From Candidatus Geohabitans tengchongensis (GTDB lineage: Bacteria > Sysuimicrobiota > Sysuimicrobiia > Sysuimicrobiales > Humicultoraceae), in contig JAVKIH010000022.1 of the NCBI GenBank assembly GCA_031459625.1, positions 1 to 39,886 on the forward strand: DNA of 39,886 bases, written 5' to 3'. The notes beneath the pieces were generated by a model. It was not told where the DNA came from and did not search any database. It was given only the letters and a program-made list of their open reading frames with translations. How positions within the stretch are numbered: position 1 is the stretch's first letter; the number at the start of each line of letters is the position of its first letter. Made by a program: the position numbers and the translations under genes. Positions 27,342 to 35,802 of this stretch are shown here, piece after piece.

Positions 27342-27374
27342 CCTTAGCACAATCCTTAGCACGGCCCTTTAGCG
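27342..27374. promoter_or_regulatory. Direct-repeat operator candidate CCTTAGCAC x2 plus a degenerate third copy
   Basis: CCTTAGCAC at 27342 and 27354, CTTTAGCG at 27367, in the divergent intergenic region. Confidence 0.45.
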
Positions 27375-27485
27375 TGGACGGGGCAGCAGGGACGAGGAGC
27401 CAGCCGGGGCCGACCGCGAAACTCATCCCCGGCACCGGCATGCCGACGGGCGCCGTCAATCAGGCTGCACGGAGGTGATCTGGCG

Positions 27486-28319
27486 ATGTGTGGACCCATC
27501 GTGATGGAGGCGGTGCAGCGGCAGGTAGACCGGCGCGGCTTCCTGCGGGCCGCCGGGACGGCCGTGGCCGCGGCCGCCGTCGCGCGCCTGGCCGCACCGG
27601 CCGAAGCCCTGGCGGCCCCGCGGACGCTGCGCATCACCCGCATGCAGGACCTCACCCACACCCTCAAGCCGACCTTCCCCACCTTCAGCGGCCAGCCTGC
27701 CCTGAAGGCCGACGTCGCCGTGACGGTAAAGAAGGACGGCTACTACGGGCTCAACCTCAGCTACTGGGAGCACGTGGGGACGCACATGGACGCCCCGGCC
27801 CACTTCGGTGAGGGGGCCCCGACGGTGGACCAGGTGGCGGTGGGCACGCTCTTCGCCCCGGTGGCCGTCGTGCACATCCACGAGCGGGCCGCCCGTGACC
27901 CCGACACGCGCCTGACGGTGGACGACCTCCGGGCCTGGGAGCGCCGCTACGGGCGGCTGCCCCGTGGGGCGGCGGTCTTCATGCACAGCGGGTGGGAGCG
28001 CCGCGCCGGCAGCGCGCAGGCCTTCCGCAACCCGGACGCGGCCGGGGTAATGCACTTCCCCGGCTTCCACCCGGACGCCGCCGCCTTCCTCCTGCACGAG
28101 CGCGACGTCGTGGGCATCGGCGTGGACACGCTCAGCCTGGACTTCGGGGCGTCGAAGGACTTCAAGACCCACACGACCTGGCTGCCGGCCGGGCGGTGGG
28201 GCCTGGAGAACCTGGCCAACCTCGCCGCCATCCCGCCGGCGGGGGCCTGGGTCTTCGTCGGGGCGCCCAAGGTCGTCGCCGGCTCGGGCGGGCCGACGCG
28301 GGTGGTGGCCATCTGGTAG
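27486..28319 (+). CDS. Tat-exported cyclase family metal-dependent hydrolase
   Basis: Twin-arginine signal DRRGFL..AEALA. Motifs EHVGTHMDAPAHF, HFPGF, GVDTLSLD, ENLANL, GSGGPTRV. Confidence 0.9.
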   Translation: MCGPIVMEAVQRQVDRRGFLRAAGTAVAAAAVARLAAPAEALAAPRTLRITRMQDLTHTLKPTFPTFSGQPALKADVAVTVKKDGYYGLNLSYWEHVGTHMDAPAHFGEGAPTVDQVAVGTLFAPVAVVHIHERAARDPDTRLTVDDLRAWERRYGRLPRGAAVFMHSGWERRAGSAQAFRNPDAAGVMHFPGFHPDAAAFLLHERDVVGIGVDTLSLDFGASKDFKTHTTWLPAGRWGLENLANLAAIPPAGAWVFVGAPKVVAGSGGPTRVVAIW

Positions 28320-28361
28320 ATTGCTGTGTGGGGCGTCGTGGCCCGTCCACCAGTGACCACG

Positions 28362-28396
28362 CCATGGACGAGGGGACGATACCATGGACGAGGGGA
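28362..28396. repeat. 15-bp direct repeat CCATGGACGAGGGGA x2
   Basis: Copies at 28362-28376 and 28382-28396, just upstream of the RBS. Confidence 0.75.
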
Positions 28397-28404
28397 GGAG
28401 AGGA

Positions 28405-29565
28405 ATGTCGTTGCGGCTCGCCGCCGTCGTTGCCGTGCTGATCCTGCTGCTCGGAGGGAGCGCGCCCGGACCGGCCGGGGCACAGGCGTTTCGGGGGATC
28501 TCGCTCTCGACCCCGTACCCCAGCCAGACGGTGCGGGGAGACGAGCCCATCAGCCTGCCGCTCACCGTCCGCAATCACGGCCTGCCGCCGCAGACCGTGA
28601 CGATCCGGGTGGAGCAGGCAGCGCCCGGCTGGAAGGCGACGATCCTCGGCGGAGGACGGCCCGTCGGGGCCGTGCACGTCCTGCCCGACGGTGAGGCCTC
28701 GCTCACTCTCCGGCTGGAGCCCCCGGCCCACGCGCGCGCCGGCACCTATCGCTTCCGCCTCGTCGCCCAGGGGGAGCGCGGTCAGGCGGTGCTGCTGCTG
28801 GCACTCACGCTGGGGCAGGTCTCGCCGGCGCGGCTGCGCCTGACGCCCGAGCTGCCCTCCCTCAGCGGCCCCGCCACAACCACCTTCCGCTACCGCGTCA
28901 CGCTGGAGAACCAGAGCGCCCAGGACCTCCTGGTGAACCTGGAGGCCGAAGCGCCCCGCGCCTTCCAGGTGACGTTCCAGTCGGTGGGGCAGCAGGTGAG
29001 TAGCCTGCCGGTCAAGGCGGGGGAGTCGAAGGACCTCGACGTGGAGGTCTCCATGCCCCGGCGCACCCCGGCCGGACGCTACCAGGTACGGGTGCGGGCC
29101 GTGGCCGGCGACGCCCGGGCGGAGACGACGCTGGGCGTGGAGGTGACCGGCCGGCCCGACCTCTCCATCACCACCCCGGACGAGCGCCTCTCCGGACGGG
29201 CCACGGCGGGGCGCACGAACGCCATCAAGCTCGTGGTGAAGAACCAGGGCAGCGCCGTGGCGCGCAACGTCGAGCTCACCGCCAGCCCGCCCAGCGGGTG
29301 GGAGATCACCTTCGAGCCGGAGCGCATCGACCAGATCCCGCCGGACGGGGAACGCGAGGTGGTGATGAGCGTGCGCCCGGCCGCCAAGGCCGTCGCCGGT
29401 GACTACATGGTGACCCTCACCGCCAACACCGGTGGGGAGTCCAAGTCGGCGGACTTCCGCATCACGGTGTACACCTCCACCCTGTGGGGGCTCACCGGCA
29501 TCCTCCTCGTGGCCGTGGCCCTCAGCGTGGTGGGGCTGGCCGTGGCTCGCTACGGGCGGCGGTGA
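28405..29565 (+). CDS. Secreted/membrane-anchored NEW3 (Ig-like) repeat protein (COG1470-like)
   Basis: Signal peptide, three Ig-like repeats (V.N.G...AG.Y), [11 protein letters not shown]-terminal TM ending YGRR. Confidence 0.8.
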   Translation: MSLRLAAVVAVLILLLGGSAPGPAGAQAFRGISLSTPYPSQTVRGDEPISLPLTVRNHGLPPQTVTIRVEQAAPGWKATILGGGRPVGAVHVLPDGEASLTLRLEPPAHARAGTYRFRLVAQGERGQAVLLLALTLGQVSPARLRLTPELPSLSGPATTTFRYRVTLENQSAQDLLVNLEAEAPRAFQVTFQSVGQQVSSLPVKAGESKDLDVEVSMPRRTPAGRYQVRVRAVAGDARAETTLGVEVTGRPDLSITTPDERLSGRATAGRTNAIKLVVKNQGSAVARNVELTASPPSGWEITFEPERIDQIPPDGEREVVMSVRPAAKAVAGDYMVTLTANTGGESKSADFRITVYTSTLWGLTGILLVAVALSVVGLAVARYGRR

Positions 29566-29575
29566 GCCTCCGGCG

Positions 29576-30535
29576 GTGAGCACGCTACCTCACCCCGCTC
29601 CCGTCATCGAGGCGCGGGGGCTCAGCAAGCGTTACGGTGCGACGGTGGCGGTCGACCACCTCGACCTGGCCGTCCACGCCGGCGAGGTCTTCGGCATGCT
29701 CGGGCCCAACGGCTCGGGGAAGACGACGACGATCCTCATGCTCCTCGGGCTGACCGAGCCCACCGCCGGGGAGGCCCGCGTCCTCGGGCACGACCCGGTG
29801 CGGGAGCCGCTGGAGGTGAAGCGCCGGGTCGGCTACATGCCCGACTCGGTCGGCTTCTACGACGAGCTAACCGGTCGGGAGAACCTGCGCTACACCGCCC
29901 GCCTCAACGGCCTCCCCCGGGCGGAGGCCGAAGCGCGCATCGCCGAGGTGCTGGAGCGCATGGGCATCGCCGACGTCGCCGACCGACCGGTGGCCACCTA
30001 CTCCCGCGGCATGCGCCAGCGCCTGGGATTGGCGGATGTCCTGCTCAAGCGCCCCCAGGTGGCCATCCTGGACGAGCCCACCATCGGCCTCGACCCGGAG
30101 GCCGCCCTGGAGTTCCTCGGCCTCATCCGCGGGCTGCGTGCGGACGGGATCACCATCCTCCTGAGCAGCCACCTCCTCCACCAGGTCCAGGCGGTCTGCG
30201 ACCGGGTGGGCCTCTTCCACCGCGGCCGCATGGTGCTGGAGGGGCGGGTGGAGGAGCTCTCCGCCCGGGTCCTGGGGGGCGCCTACCGGGTGCGGCTGGC
30301 CACCGACGGCCCGGACCTGGAGGGCGTGCTGGCTCAGGTGCCCGGTGTCGTGCGCGTGCGCCGGGACGGGCCGGGCCGCTACCTCCTGGAGGCGCAGCGT
30401 GACTGCCGCGCCGAGGCCGCCCGCCGCGCGGTGGCCGCCGGGGCCCAGCTCCTGGAGCTGAGCCTGGAGCAACTGGGGCTCGACGAGGTCTACGCCCGCT
30501 ACTTCGAGGAGGCCCGTGATGGCCGTCAGCACTGA
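29576..30535 (+). CDS. ABC-2 type ATP-binding protein
   Basis: [35 protein letters not shown] start at 29576. Confidence 0.9.
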   Translation: MSTLPHPAPVIEARGLSKRYGATVAVDHLDLAVHAGEVFGMLGPNGSGKTTTILMLLGLTEPTAGEARVLGHDPVREPLEVKRRVGYMPDSVGFYDELTGRENLRYTARLNGLPRAEAEARIAEVLERMGIADVADRPVATYSRGMRQRLGLADVLLKRPQVAILDEPTIGLDPEAALEFLGLIRGLRADGITILLSSHLLHQVQAVCDRVGLFHRGRMVLEGRVEELSARVLGGAYRVRLATDGPDLEGVLAQVPGVVRVRRDGPGRYLLEAQRDCRAEAARRAVAAGAQLLELSLEQLGLDEVYARYFEEARDGRQH

Positions 30536-31517
30536 GACCCCGCCCACCGTCGCCCCGCCCGTGGGGCGCCAGCGCGCCGGCTCCCCCTGGACAGGCCTCG
30601 GGGCGGTCGCCCTGAAGGAGCTGGCCGACCACCTCTCCAGCGTGCGGATGCAGCTGCTCGAGGGGCTGATGTTCCTCGTGGCGCTCGGGACGGTCTACTC
30701 CGCCATCCAGAACCTGCGCACCACCGTCGCCGAGGACCCTTTCCTCTTCCTCAAGCTCTTCACCGTGGCCCAGGAACCCCTCCCCTACTCCTTCGTCGCC
30801 TTCCTCGGCTTCCTCATCCCCCTCACCGCCATCGCGCTGGGCTTCGACGCGGTGAACGGCGAGCACAACCGCCGCACCCTCAGCCGCGTGCTGGCGCAGC
30901 CGATCTACCGGGACGCGCTGCTGTTCGGCAAGTTCCTGGCCGCGCTCGGCACCATCGCCCTGGTCGTGCTGGCGCTGTGGCTGCTTGTCACCGGGCTCGG
31001 CATCTTCCGCCTGGGCGTGGTACCGAGCGGTGAGGAGGTGGCCCGCGGCCTCCTCTACGTAGCGGCCACCGTCGCCTACGCCGGCATCTGGCTCGCGCTG
31101 GCGCAGCTCTGTTCGGTGACCTTCCGCCAGCCGGCCACGTCCGCCCTGGCCGCGATCGCGGTCTGGCTCTTCTTCGCCATCTTCTGGGACATCATCGCCG
31201 GGATCATCGCCTCGGTGCTCCGCCCGCCCCTCGACCCGCTCAGCGAGCTGGCCCACGCCCAGTGGCGGCTGTGGCTCTCCCGCCTCTCCCCCAACACCCT
31301 CTACGCCGAGGTGGTGGTCACGCTGCTCAACCCCGAAGTCCGCGCCCTGGGCCCCGTCCTCATCACCCAGCTCGAGCGGGCGCTGCTCGGCGCTCCCCTG
31401 CCGCTCGGCCAGAGCCTCCTCCTCTCCTGGCCGCAGTTCACCGGGCTGATCGCGGCGATGGTGCTCATCTTCGCGGCGACCTACGTGCAGTTCCAGCGGC
31501 AGGAGGTGCGAGCCTGA
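30519..31517 (+). CDS. ABC-2 type permease
   Basis: [40 protein letters not shown], multiple TMs. Confidence 0.9.
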   Translation: MAVSTETPPTVAPPVGRQRAGSPWTGLGAVALKELADHLSSVRMQLLEGLMFLVALGTVYSAIQNLRTTVAEDPFLFLKLFTVAQEPLPYSFVAFLGFLIPLTAIALGFDAVNGEHNRRTLSRVLAQPIYRDALLFGKFLAALGTIALVVLALWLLVTGLGIFRLGVVPSGEEVARGLLYVAATVAYAGIWLALAQLCSVTFRQPATSALAAIAVWLFFAIFWDIIAGIIASVLRPPLDPLSELAHAQWRLWLSRLSPNTLYAEVVVTLLNPEVRALGPVLITQLERALLGAPLPLGQSLLLSWPQFTGLIAAMVLIFAATYVQFQRQEVRA

Positions 31518-31556
31518 CCGTCCCCTCTGCCTGACGTCCCCTCTGCCTGACCGTCC
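31512..31556. repeat. 16-17-bp tandem repeat GCCTGAC(C)GTCCCCTCT x2.7
   Basis: Units at 31512, 31529 and 31545, spanning the permease stop codon. Confidence 0.8.
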
Positions 31557-31600
31557 GCCGCCGCCCGGCCGTCGTCAGCCGTCGCCAGCATACCGAACGG

Positions 31601-31620
31601 AACTGGGTCCGGACCCAGTT
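31601..31620. repeat. Perfect 20-bp palindrome AACTGGGTCCGGACCCAGTT
   Basis: Exact self-complementarity with no spacer, between convergent genes. Confidence 0.85.
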
Positions 31621-31703
31621 GACGCACGAACGGCGTCAGGCGCGTACGAGCGGCCGCACACGCCCTCGGAGCGGCGGAACCTGCGCTCGGCCGACGACGT
31701 CTC

Positions 31704-32759
31704 CTACGCCAGGTGGCGGGTCAGGACCTGGCGCAGGGTGTCCAGGTCCGGCGCGACCGGCTCGGGCAGCGCGACGCCGCGCCGGAGGACGTCGGGGTCC
31801 TTGAGGCCGTGGCCGGTGAGGACGCAGACGACGAGGCTCCCGCGCGCCAGCCCGCTGACAGCCAGGCGCTCCACCCCCGCGTAGGCGGCGGCGGAGGCCG
31901 GTTCCACCAGCAGGCCTTCCTCCTCGGCCAAAGCGCGCTGCGCCTGCAGGATGGCCCCGTCGCTCACTGCGAGCACCTGCCCGCCGCTCTCGGCCACCGC
32001 CCGCCGCGCACCGTCCCAGCTGACGGGATGGCCGATCCGGATGGCGCTGGCCACCGTCTCCGGTTGCGGGACGGCCTCGCCCCGCACCAGGGGGGCGGCA
32101 CCCTCGGCCTGCACGCCCACCATCCGCGGGAGCGTGGCGATACGGCCCGCCGCCTGAAAGGCCCGGAACCCCTGCCAGTAGGCGGTGATGTTCCCCGCGT
32201 TGCCCACCGGAAGGACGACGACGTCCGGGGCCCCCTCCAGGGCCTCGCAGAGCTCGAAGGCCGCTGTCTGCTGGCCCGCCAGCCGGTCGGGGTTGAGCGA
32301 GTTCACCACCGCAACGGCGAGCTCGGCGGCCAGGGCCCGCACGGCCGCCATCGCCGCGTCGAACCCCGCCTGCACCAGCACGAGGCGCGCCCCGTGCGCC
32401 GCGACCTGGGCCAGCTTGCCGACGGCGACCCCCTCGGCCGGCAGCAGGACCAGACAGGGCAGCCTCGCTCGGGCCGCGTAGGCGGCCGCCGAAGCGGCCG
32501 TATTTCCGGTGGAGGCGCAGAGGACTCCGCGGGCACCCCTTTCCAGCGCACGGGAGACAGCGACCGTCATCCCCCGGTCCTTGAAGGATCCGGTCGGGTT
32601 GGCGCCTTCCACTTTGAAGAAGAGGCGCAGGCCCAGATGCGGCCCCAGGCGGGTCGAGGGCACCAGCGGCGTATTCCCCTCCAGCAGCGTGATGACCGGG
32701 GTCCGGGATGAGACGGGGAGGAAGTCGCGGTAGGCTTCGATGACGCCCGGCCAGCCCAT
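31704..32759 (-). CDS. thrC: Threonine synthase
   Basis: Motifs TLLEGNTPL, KVEGANPTGSFKDRG (PLP lysine), CASTGNT, PVGNAGNITAYW, ETVASAIRIG, LTGHGLKDP. Confidence 0.95.
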   Translation of the reverse strand: MGWPGVIEAYRDFLPVSSRTPVITLLEGNTPLVPSTRLGPHLGLRLFFKVEGANPTGSFKDRGMTVAVSRALERGARGVLCASTGNTAASAAAYAARARLPCLVLLPAEGVAVGKLAQVAAHGARLVLVQAGFDAAMAAVRALAAELAVAVVNSLNPDRLAGQQTAAFELCEALEGAPDVVVLPVGNAGNITAYWQGFRAFQAAGRIATLPRMVGVQAEGAAPLVRGEAVPQPETVASAIRIGHPVSWDGARRAVAESGGQVLAVSDGAILQAQRALAEEEGLLVEPASAAAYAGVERLAVSGLARGSLVVCVLTGHGLKDPDVLRRGVALPEPVAPDLDTLRQVLTRHLA

Positions 32760-32842
32760 GGTGCTTCCCTTCGCCCGCCGACGCGGAAATCCCCGCAGAA
32801 CGCGGAAGGGAGCGCCGCCGCCCCCTTCCCTCGCGCAGGTGC

Positions 32843-32888
32843 GACCTCCGGCCGGTGAGCGGGCGTGTGACCTCCGGCCGGTGAGCGG
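32843..32888. repeat. 20-bp direct repeat GACCTCCGGCCGGTGAGCGG x2
   Basis: Copies at 32843-32862 and 32869-32888, upstream of thrC. Confidence 0.8.
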
Positions 32889-32911
32889 CCGGACGCTGGC
32901 CGGCCGGGCGC

Positions 32912-33061
32912 CTAGAGTCCCAGCAGCTTCATTCCCTGCAGCGCCGCCCATAGCGCGGCCACGCTGCCCACCGCCACCCCCACGGCCTTGAGTCCGAACT
33001 CGAGCTCCTCGCGCAGCGAGGCGGCGTCGGCCTGGACCTCGGACCGGGATCGTTCCAGCAC
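32912..33061 (-). CDS. Small (49 aa) C-terminally anchored membrane protein under a c-di-GMP riboswitch
   Basis: GTG 33061 preceded by SD GGGGAGGGT. MLERSRSEVQADAASLREELEFGLKAVGVAVGSVAALWAALQGMKLLGL has a charged N-half and one hydrophobic helix. Confidence 0.6.
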   Translation of the reverse strand: MLERSRSEVQADAASLREELEFGLKAVGVAVGSVAALWAALQGMKLLGL

Positions 33062-33093
33062 GGCGTCACCCTCCCCTGGGACGCCTCCCGGTG

Positions 33094-33179
33094 GCCTCTT
33101 CGGCAGCCCGGCCATCTCGTGATGCGAGACCCGCGGCTTTGCGCGCTCGAATCGCTTCGAGGTTGCCCTTGTCGGAGGC
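33094..33179 (-). ncRNA. c-di-GMP-I (GEMM-I) riboswitch
   Basis: Minus strand GCCTC-CGACAAGG-GCAAC-CTCGAA-GCGA-TTCGAG-CGCGCAAAGCC-GCGGGTCTCG-CATCA-CGAGA-TGGCCGGGCTGCCGAA-GAGGC. Complete P1, GNRA-capped P2 and P3 with conserved junction residues. Confidence 0.92.
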
Positions 33180-33244
33180 TGGTCCCACCCTCCCTATGCC
33201 CGCTGGCCGAGGTCGCGTAGACGAGACCCCAGGCGCCGAGCTCA

Positions 33245-33880
33245 TCAGCCGGGGAAGCCGTGTCTCCCGTAGAGCCTGACGAAGTAGGCCAGCGTGATCT
33301 CGCGGCGCTTCACCAACCCCTCGGGCGTGCGCTCGAAGAGGGTGACTACCTCGTCGCCGCCCGAGCCAATGGGCTGCACCAGCCGCCCACCGAGGGCCAG
33401 CTGTTCGGCGAGGGGCTGGGGCACACGGGGGAAGGCGGCCGAGACCAGGATCGCCTCGAAGGGCGCCTCCCCAGGCAGTCCCTCGGTACCGTCGCCGACG
33501 ATTACCACGGCGTTGCGGATACCCTGGCGCGCCAGGTTCGCCCGGGCAGTGGCGGCGATGTCGGGCCAGCGCTCCACGCTCCACACCATGCGGCTGAGCC
33601 GGGCCAGCAGCGCGGTCTGGAAGCCATACCCGGTCCCGATCTCCAGGACTTTCTCTGACCCGGTGAGCTGGAGCGCCTCGATCATCCTGGCGATCAGGGA
33701 GGGCTGGGTGGTGACCTGGCCGTGCGGGATGGGCAGCGGCTGGTCGGTGTAGGCGAGGTGGACCAGTTCCGGAGGGACGAACGCGGCCCGCGGGATCTCC
33801 CTGAAGGCCTGGAGTAGCGCCGTGTCGCGCACCCCTTCGGCCGTGAGCACCCGAACAAGATCTTCGGGCGTGCCGGTCAC
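33245..33880 (-). CDS. pcm: Protein-L-isoaspartate O-methyltransferase
   Basis: PRAAFVP..AYTDQPLPI..GQVTTQP, SAM motif VLEIGTGYGFQTA, GDGTEG, APFEAILVSAA, QLALGGRLV. Confidence 0.93.
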   Translation of the reverse strand: MTGTPEDLVRVLTAEGVRDTALLQAFREIPRAAFVPPELVHLAYTDQPLPIPHGQVTTQPSLIARMIEALQLTGSEKVLEIGTGYGFQTALLARLSRMVWSVERWPDIAATARANLARQGIRNAVVIVGDGTEGLPGEAPFEAILVSAAFPRVPQPLAEQLALGGRLVQPIGSGGDEVVTLFERTPEGLVKRREITLAYFVRLYGRHGFPG

Positions 33881-33904
33881 GCCTCAAGCGTACCGGGTGC
33901 GCAC

Positions 33905-33981
33905 TGGTCGGGGCGCCCGGATTCGAACCGGGGACCTTCTGCTCCCAAAGCAGACGCGCTTCCAGGCTGCGCTACGCCCCG
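33905..33981 (-). tRNA. tRNA-Pro (anticodon TGG)
   Basis: Reverse complement CGGGGCGTAGCGCAGCCTGGAAGCGCGTCTGCTTTGGGAGCAGAAGGTCCCCGGTTCGAATCCGGGCGCCCCGACCA, 77 nt. Confidence 0.97.
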
Positions 33982-33992
33982 ACCCCGCCGCG

Positions 33993-34001
33993 AGTATAGC
34001 A
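33993..34001 (-). promoter_or_regulatory. Extended -10 (TGcTATACT) of tRNA-Pro promoter
   Basis: TG-n-TATACT lies 11 nt upstream of the tRNA. Confidence 0.6.
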
Positions 34002-34072
34002 CGACCGCCGCGGCACGGAGGGGAGCGGACCGGAGGCGGGAGGCGCATCCGGGCCCGGCAAGGCCGACGGCG

Positions 34073-35101
34073 CTAGTACGCCAGGCGCCAGCGGACGCCG
34101 AGGACGCGCGCCAGGACCGTCAGCGTGAACGGGTGCGGGTGCGCGACCGGCACGACCGCCGTCCACGCTGGCGGGCGGAGCCGCACCACCCGCCCGTCGC
34201 GCGGCGCCGGCAGCCCGGCGTCCCGTCCGAGCACTGTCCAGCGCACCTCCACCTCCACGCCGGTGATGCGCGCGTAGGCCGGGCAGTGGGGCACGACCCG
34301 GAGCGTGATCGCCCGCCGGAACTCACCGCGCGGTAACGCCTCAGGCTCGGACACCTCCGTCCGCACCTGGACGCAGTAGACCATCGCCTCCTCCTCCCAC
34401 GCCCGATACGCCGTCGGTGGGAGATGCCGGCGGACGGCCGGCGACGCCCACGATGACGGCGGGCCCTGCGCTTCCACGTGCAGCGCGTAGCCGCGGACGA
34501 CCCTCCGGCCTAGGTCGACGGTGAACGCGGCCTCGCCCCCCGATGGGAGCCGGGCCGCGACCGCCACCCGCAGGGGGGCCGGGAGGTCAGGCAGCGCGCC
34601 ACCACCGGCGGCGCTGCGCCACGTCTCGCTCGGGCCACCACCCCACGCGGGGGCAGGGCGTCCTCGAGGCGTGACCACGACGACGACCTCGGACGCCGGC
34701 TGGGCCCCCAGGTTGCGCACCGTTCCCCGGAGGCGGATGGTCTGGCCCACCTCCTCGCGCAGGTTCACCACCGCGAGCTCGAGACCGCAGCGCGTGCCCA
34801 CCGGGGGTCCGGTGGGTGGAGGGTCCAGCGACCCAGCCGTCGCCACCGCGATCGACGAGTCCGGGGTGGACGCCGGGGCCGGCGCCGAGACGAGCCCGGG
34901 CTGGCCGGGGGCCAGCGCCGGTCCAGAGGGAGGGGCCACTCCACCGAGGACCAGTACCAGGCCCGAGACGAACCCGAGCACGCACAGGACCGGCGCCGGC
35001 ACCCCTCGGGTCCGTCGCGCACCCGCCACGCAGGCCTTGCCTCCGCGGCCGGCCCTGTCTGCCGCGCCGACGCGCGTGTGGACGCCCGTCAGGAAACTCA
35101 C
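34073..35101 (-). CDS. Hypothetical secreted/membrane protein with Ig-like (FxLYD-like) domain
   Basis: Hydrophobic N-terminal segment, Pro-rich linker, LRGTVRNLG..L.SGGEAAFTV beta-sandwich pattern. Start uncertain. Confidence 0.5.
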   Translation of the reverse strand: MSFLTGVHTRVGAADRAGRGGKACVAGARRTRGVPAPVLCVLGFVSGLVLVLGGVAPPSGPALAPGQPGLVSAPAPASTPDSSIAVATAGSLDPPPTGPPVGTRCGLELAVVNLREEVGQTIRLRGTVRNLGAQPASEVVVVVTPRGRPAPAWGGGPSETWRSAAGGGALPDLPAPLRVAVAARLPSGGEAAFTVDLGRRVVRGYALHVEAQGPPSSWASPAVRRHLPPTAYRAWEEEAMVYCVQVRTEVSEPEALPRGEFRRAITLRVVPHCPAYARITGVEVEVRWTVLGRDAGLPAPRDGRVVRLRPPAWTAVVPVAHPHPFTLTVLARVLGVRWRLAY

Positions 35102-35196
35102 ATCCCAGAGATCGGCAAGGGACGCTGAGATTTCGGGGGTGAACGGAGCCAGCGCTGTCCTCGGACGCTGTCGCCGAGGGGCGGCTTGGTCGTTCT

Positions 35197-35760
35197 TCAG
35201 GTCGTCCCTGCGGTGGCCATCGCCGCCAGGAACTCGGCCTCGGCACGGCGCGCTCGCTGCGCCAGGCCGGTCGCGCGCGTCTTGGCCGCGGCCCGCTCCA
35301 GAGGATCTCCCACCTGTTCGAGGTGGACCAGGGCCACCTGCACCGCCGCGTCCGCCGCCGCCCGTGCGAGCGCGATCCCGCCGACCAGTCCGGCCAGCGC
35401 GGCCGGTGGCCGTGCGGTGAGGCGGCCGTAGGCCTGGAGCGCCAGGTCGATCGTCCGGGCGGCCCCTTCAGCGGTCTGCAGGAGCGTCTCGACGCTCCCC
35501 GGCGCGGCGGCCAGCTGCTCGAAGCGGCGGCGCTCCTCCTCGACCCGGCCCGCCAGCGCGGGTAACTCTCCCTCCGGCCCGGGCCGTTCGCCCCGCCGGC
35601 GCCCCTCGGCCTCCTGGACCGGGCCCACTGCCCGAATCCCCATGGCGACGAGCGCCGCGGCGAGTGCTGCCGCGACGGCCGTCGCACTCTCCGCTCCCGG
35701 CGCTCCGGGCGGAGTGGCCAGGGCCTCCAGGTAGGCACGCAACGGGAGGTCCACCGTCAC
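35197..35760 (-). CDS. Divergent cyclodeaminase/cyclohydrolase (FTCD_C-like) protein
   Basis: L.AYLEALA..PGAPGAESATAVAAALAAALVAM resembles the family N-terminus (F...LAS..PAPGGGS.AA..GA.GAAL..M). All-helical. Confidence 0.55.
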   Translation of the reverse strand: MTVDLPLRAYLEALATPPGAPGAESATAVAAALAAALVAMGIRAVGPVQEAEGRRRGERPGPEGELPALAGRVEEERRRFEQLAAAPGSVETLLQTAEGAARTIDLALQAYGRLTARPPAALAGLVGGIALARAAADAAVQVALVHLEQVGDPLERAAAKTRATGLAQRARRAEAEFLAAMATAGTT

Positions 35761-35802
35761 ATCAGGACTTTACCCTGCGGGTGCCGAACTCTCTGGTGGC
35801 CC

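Noticed and set aside
31512..31556. Tandem repeats as a possible CRISPR array
   Set aside because: Units are 16-17 bp and adjacent with no unique spacers, and there are no cas genes.
32912..33061. The 49-aa protein as an Flp/Tad pilin
   Set aside because: Lacks the G|xxxxEY prepilin motif, and no tad genes are nearby.
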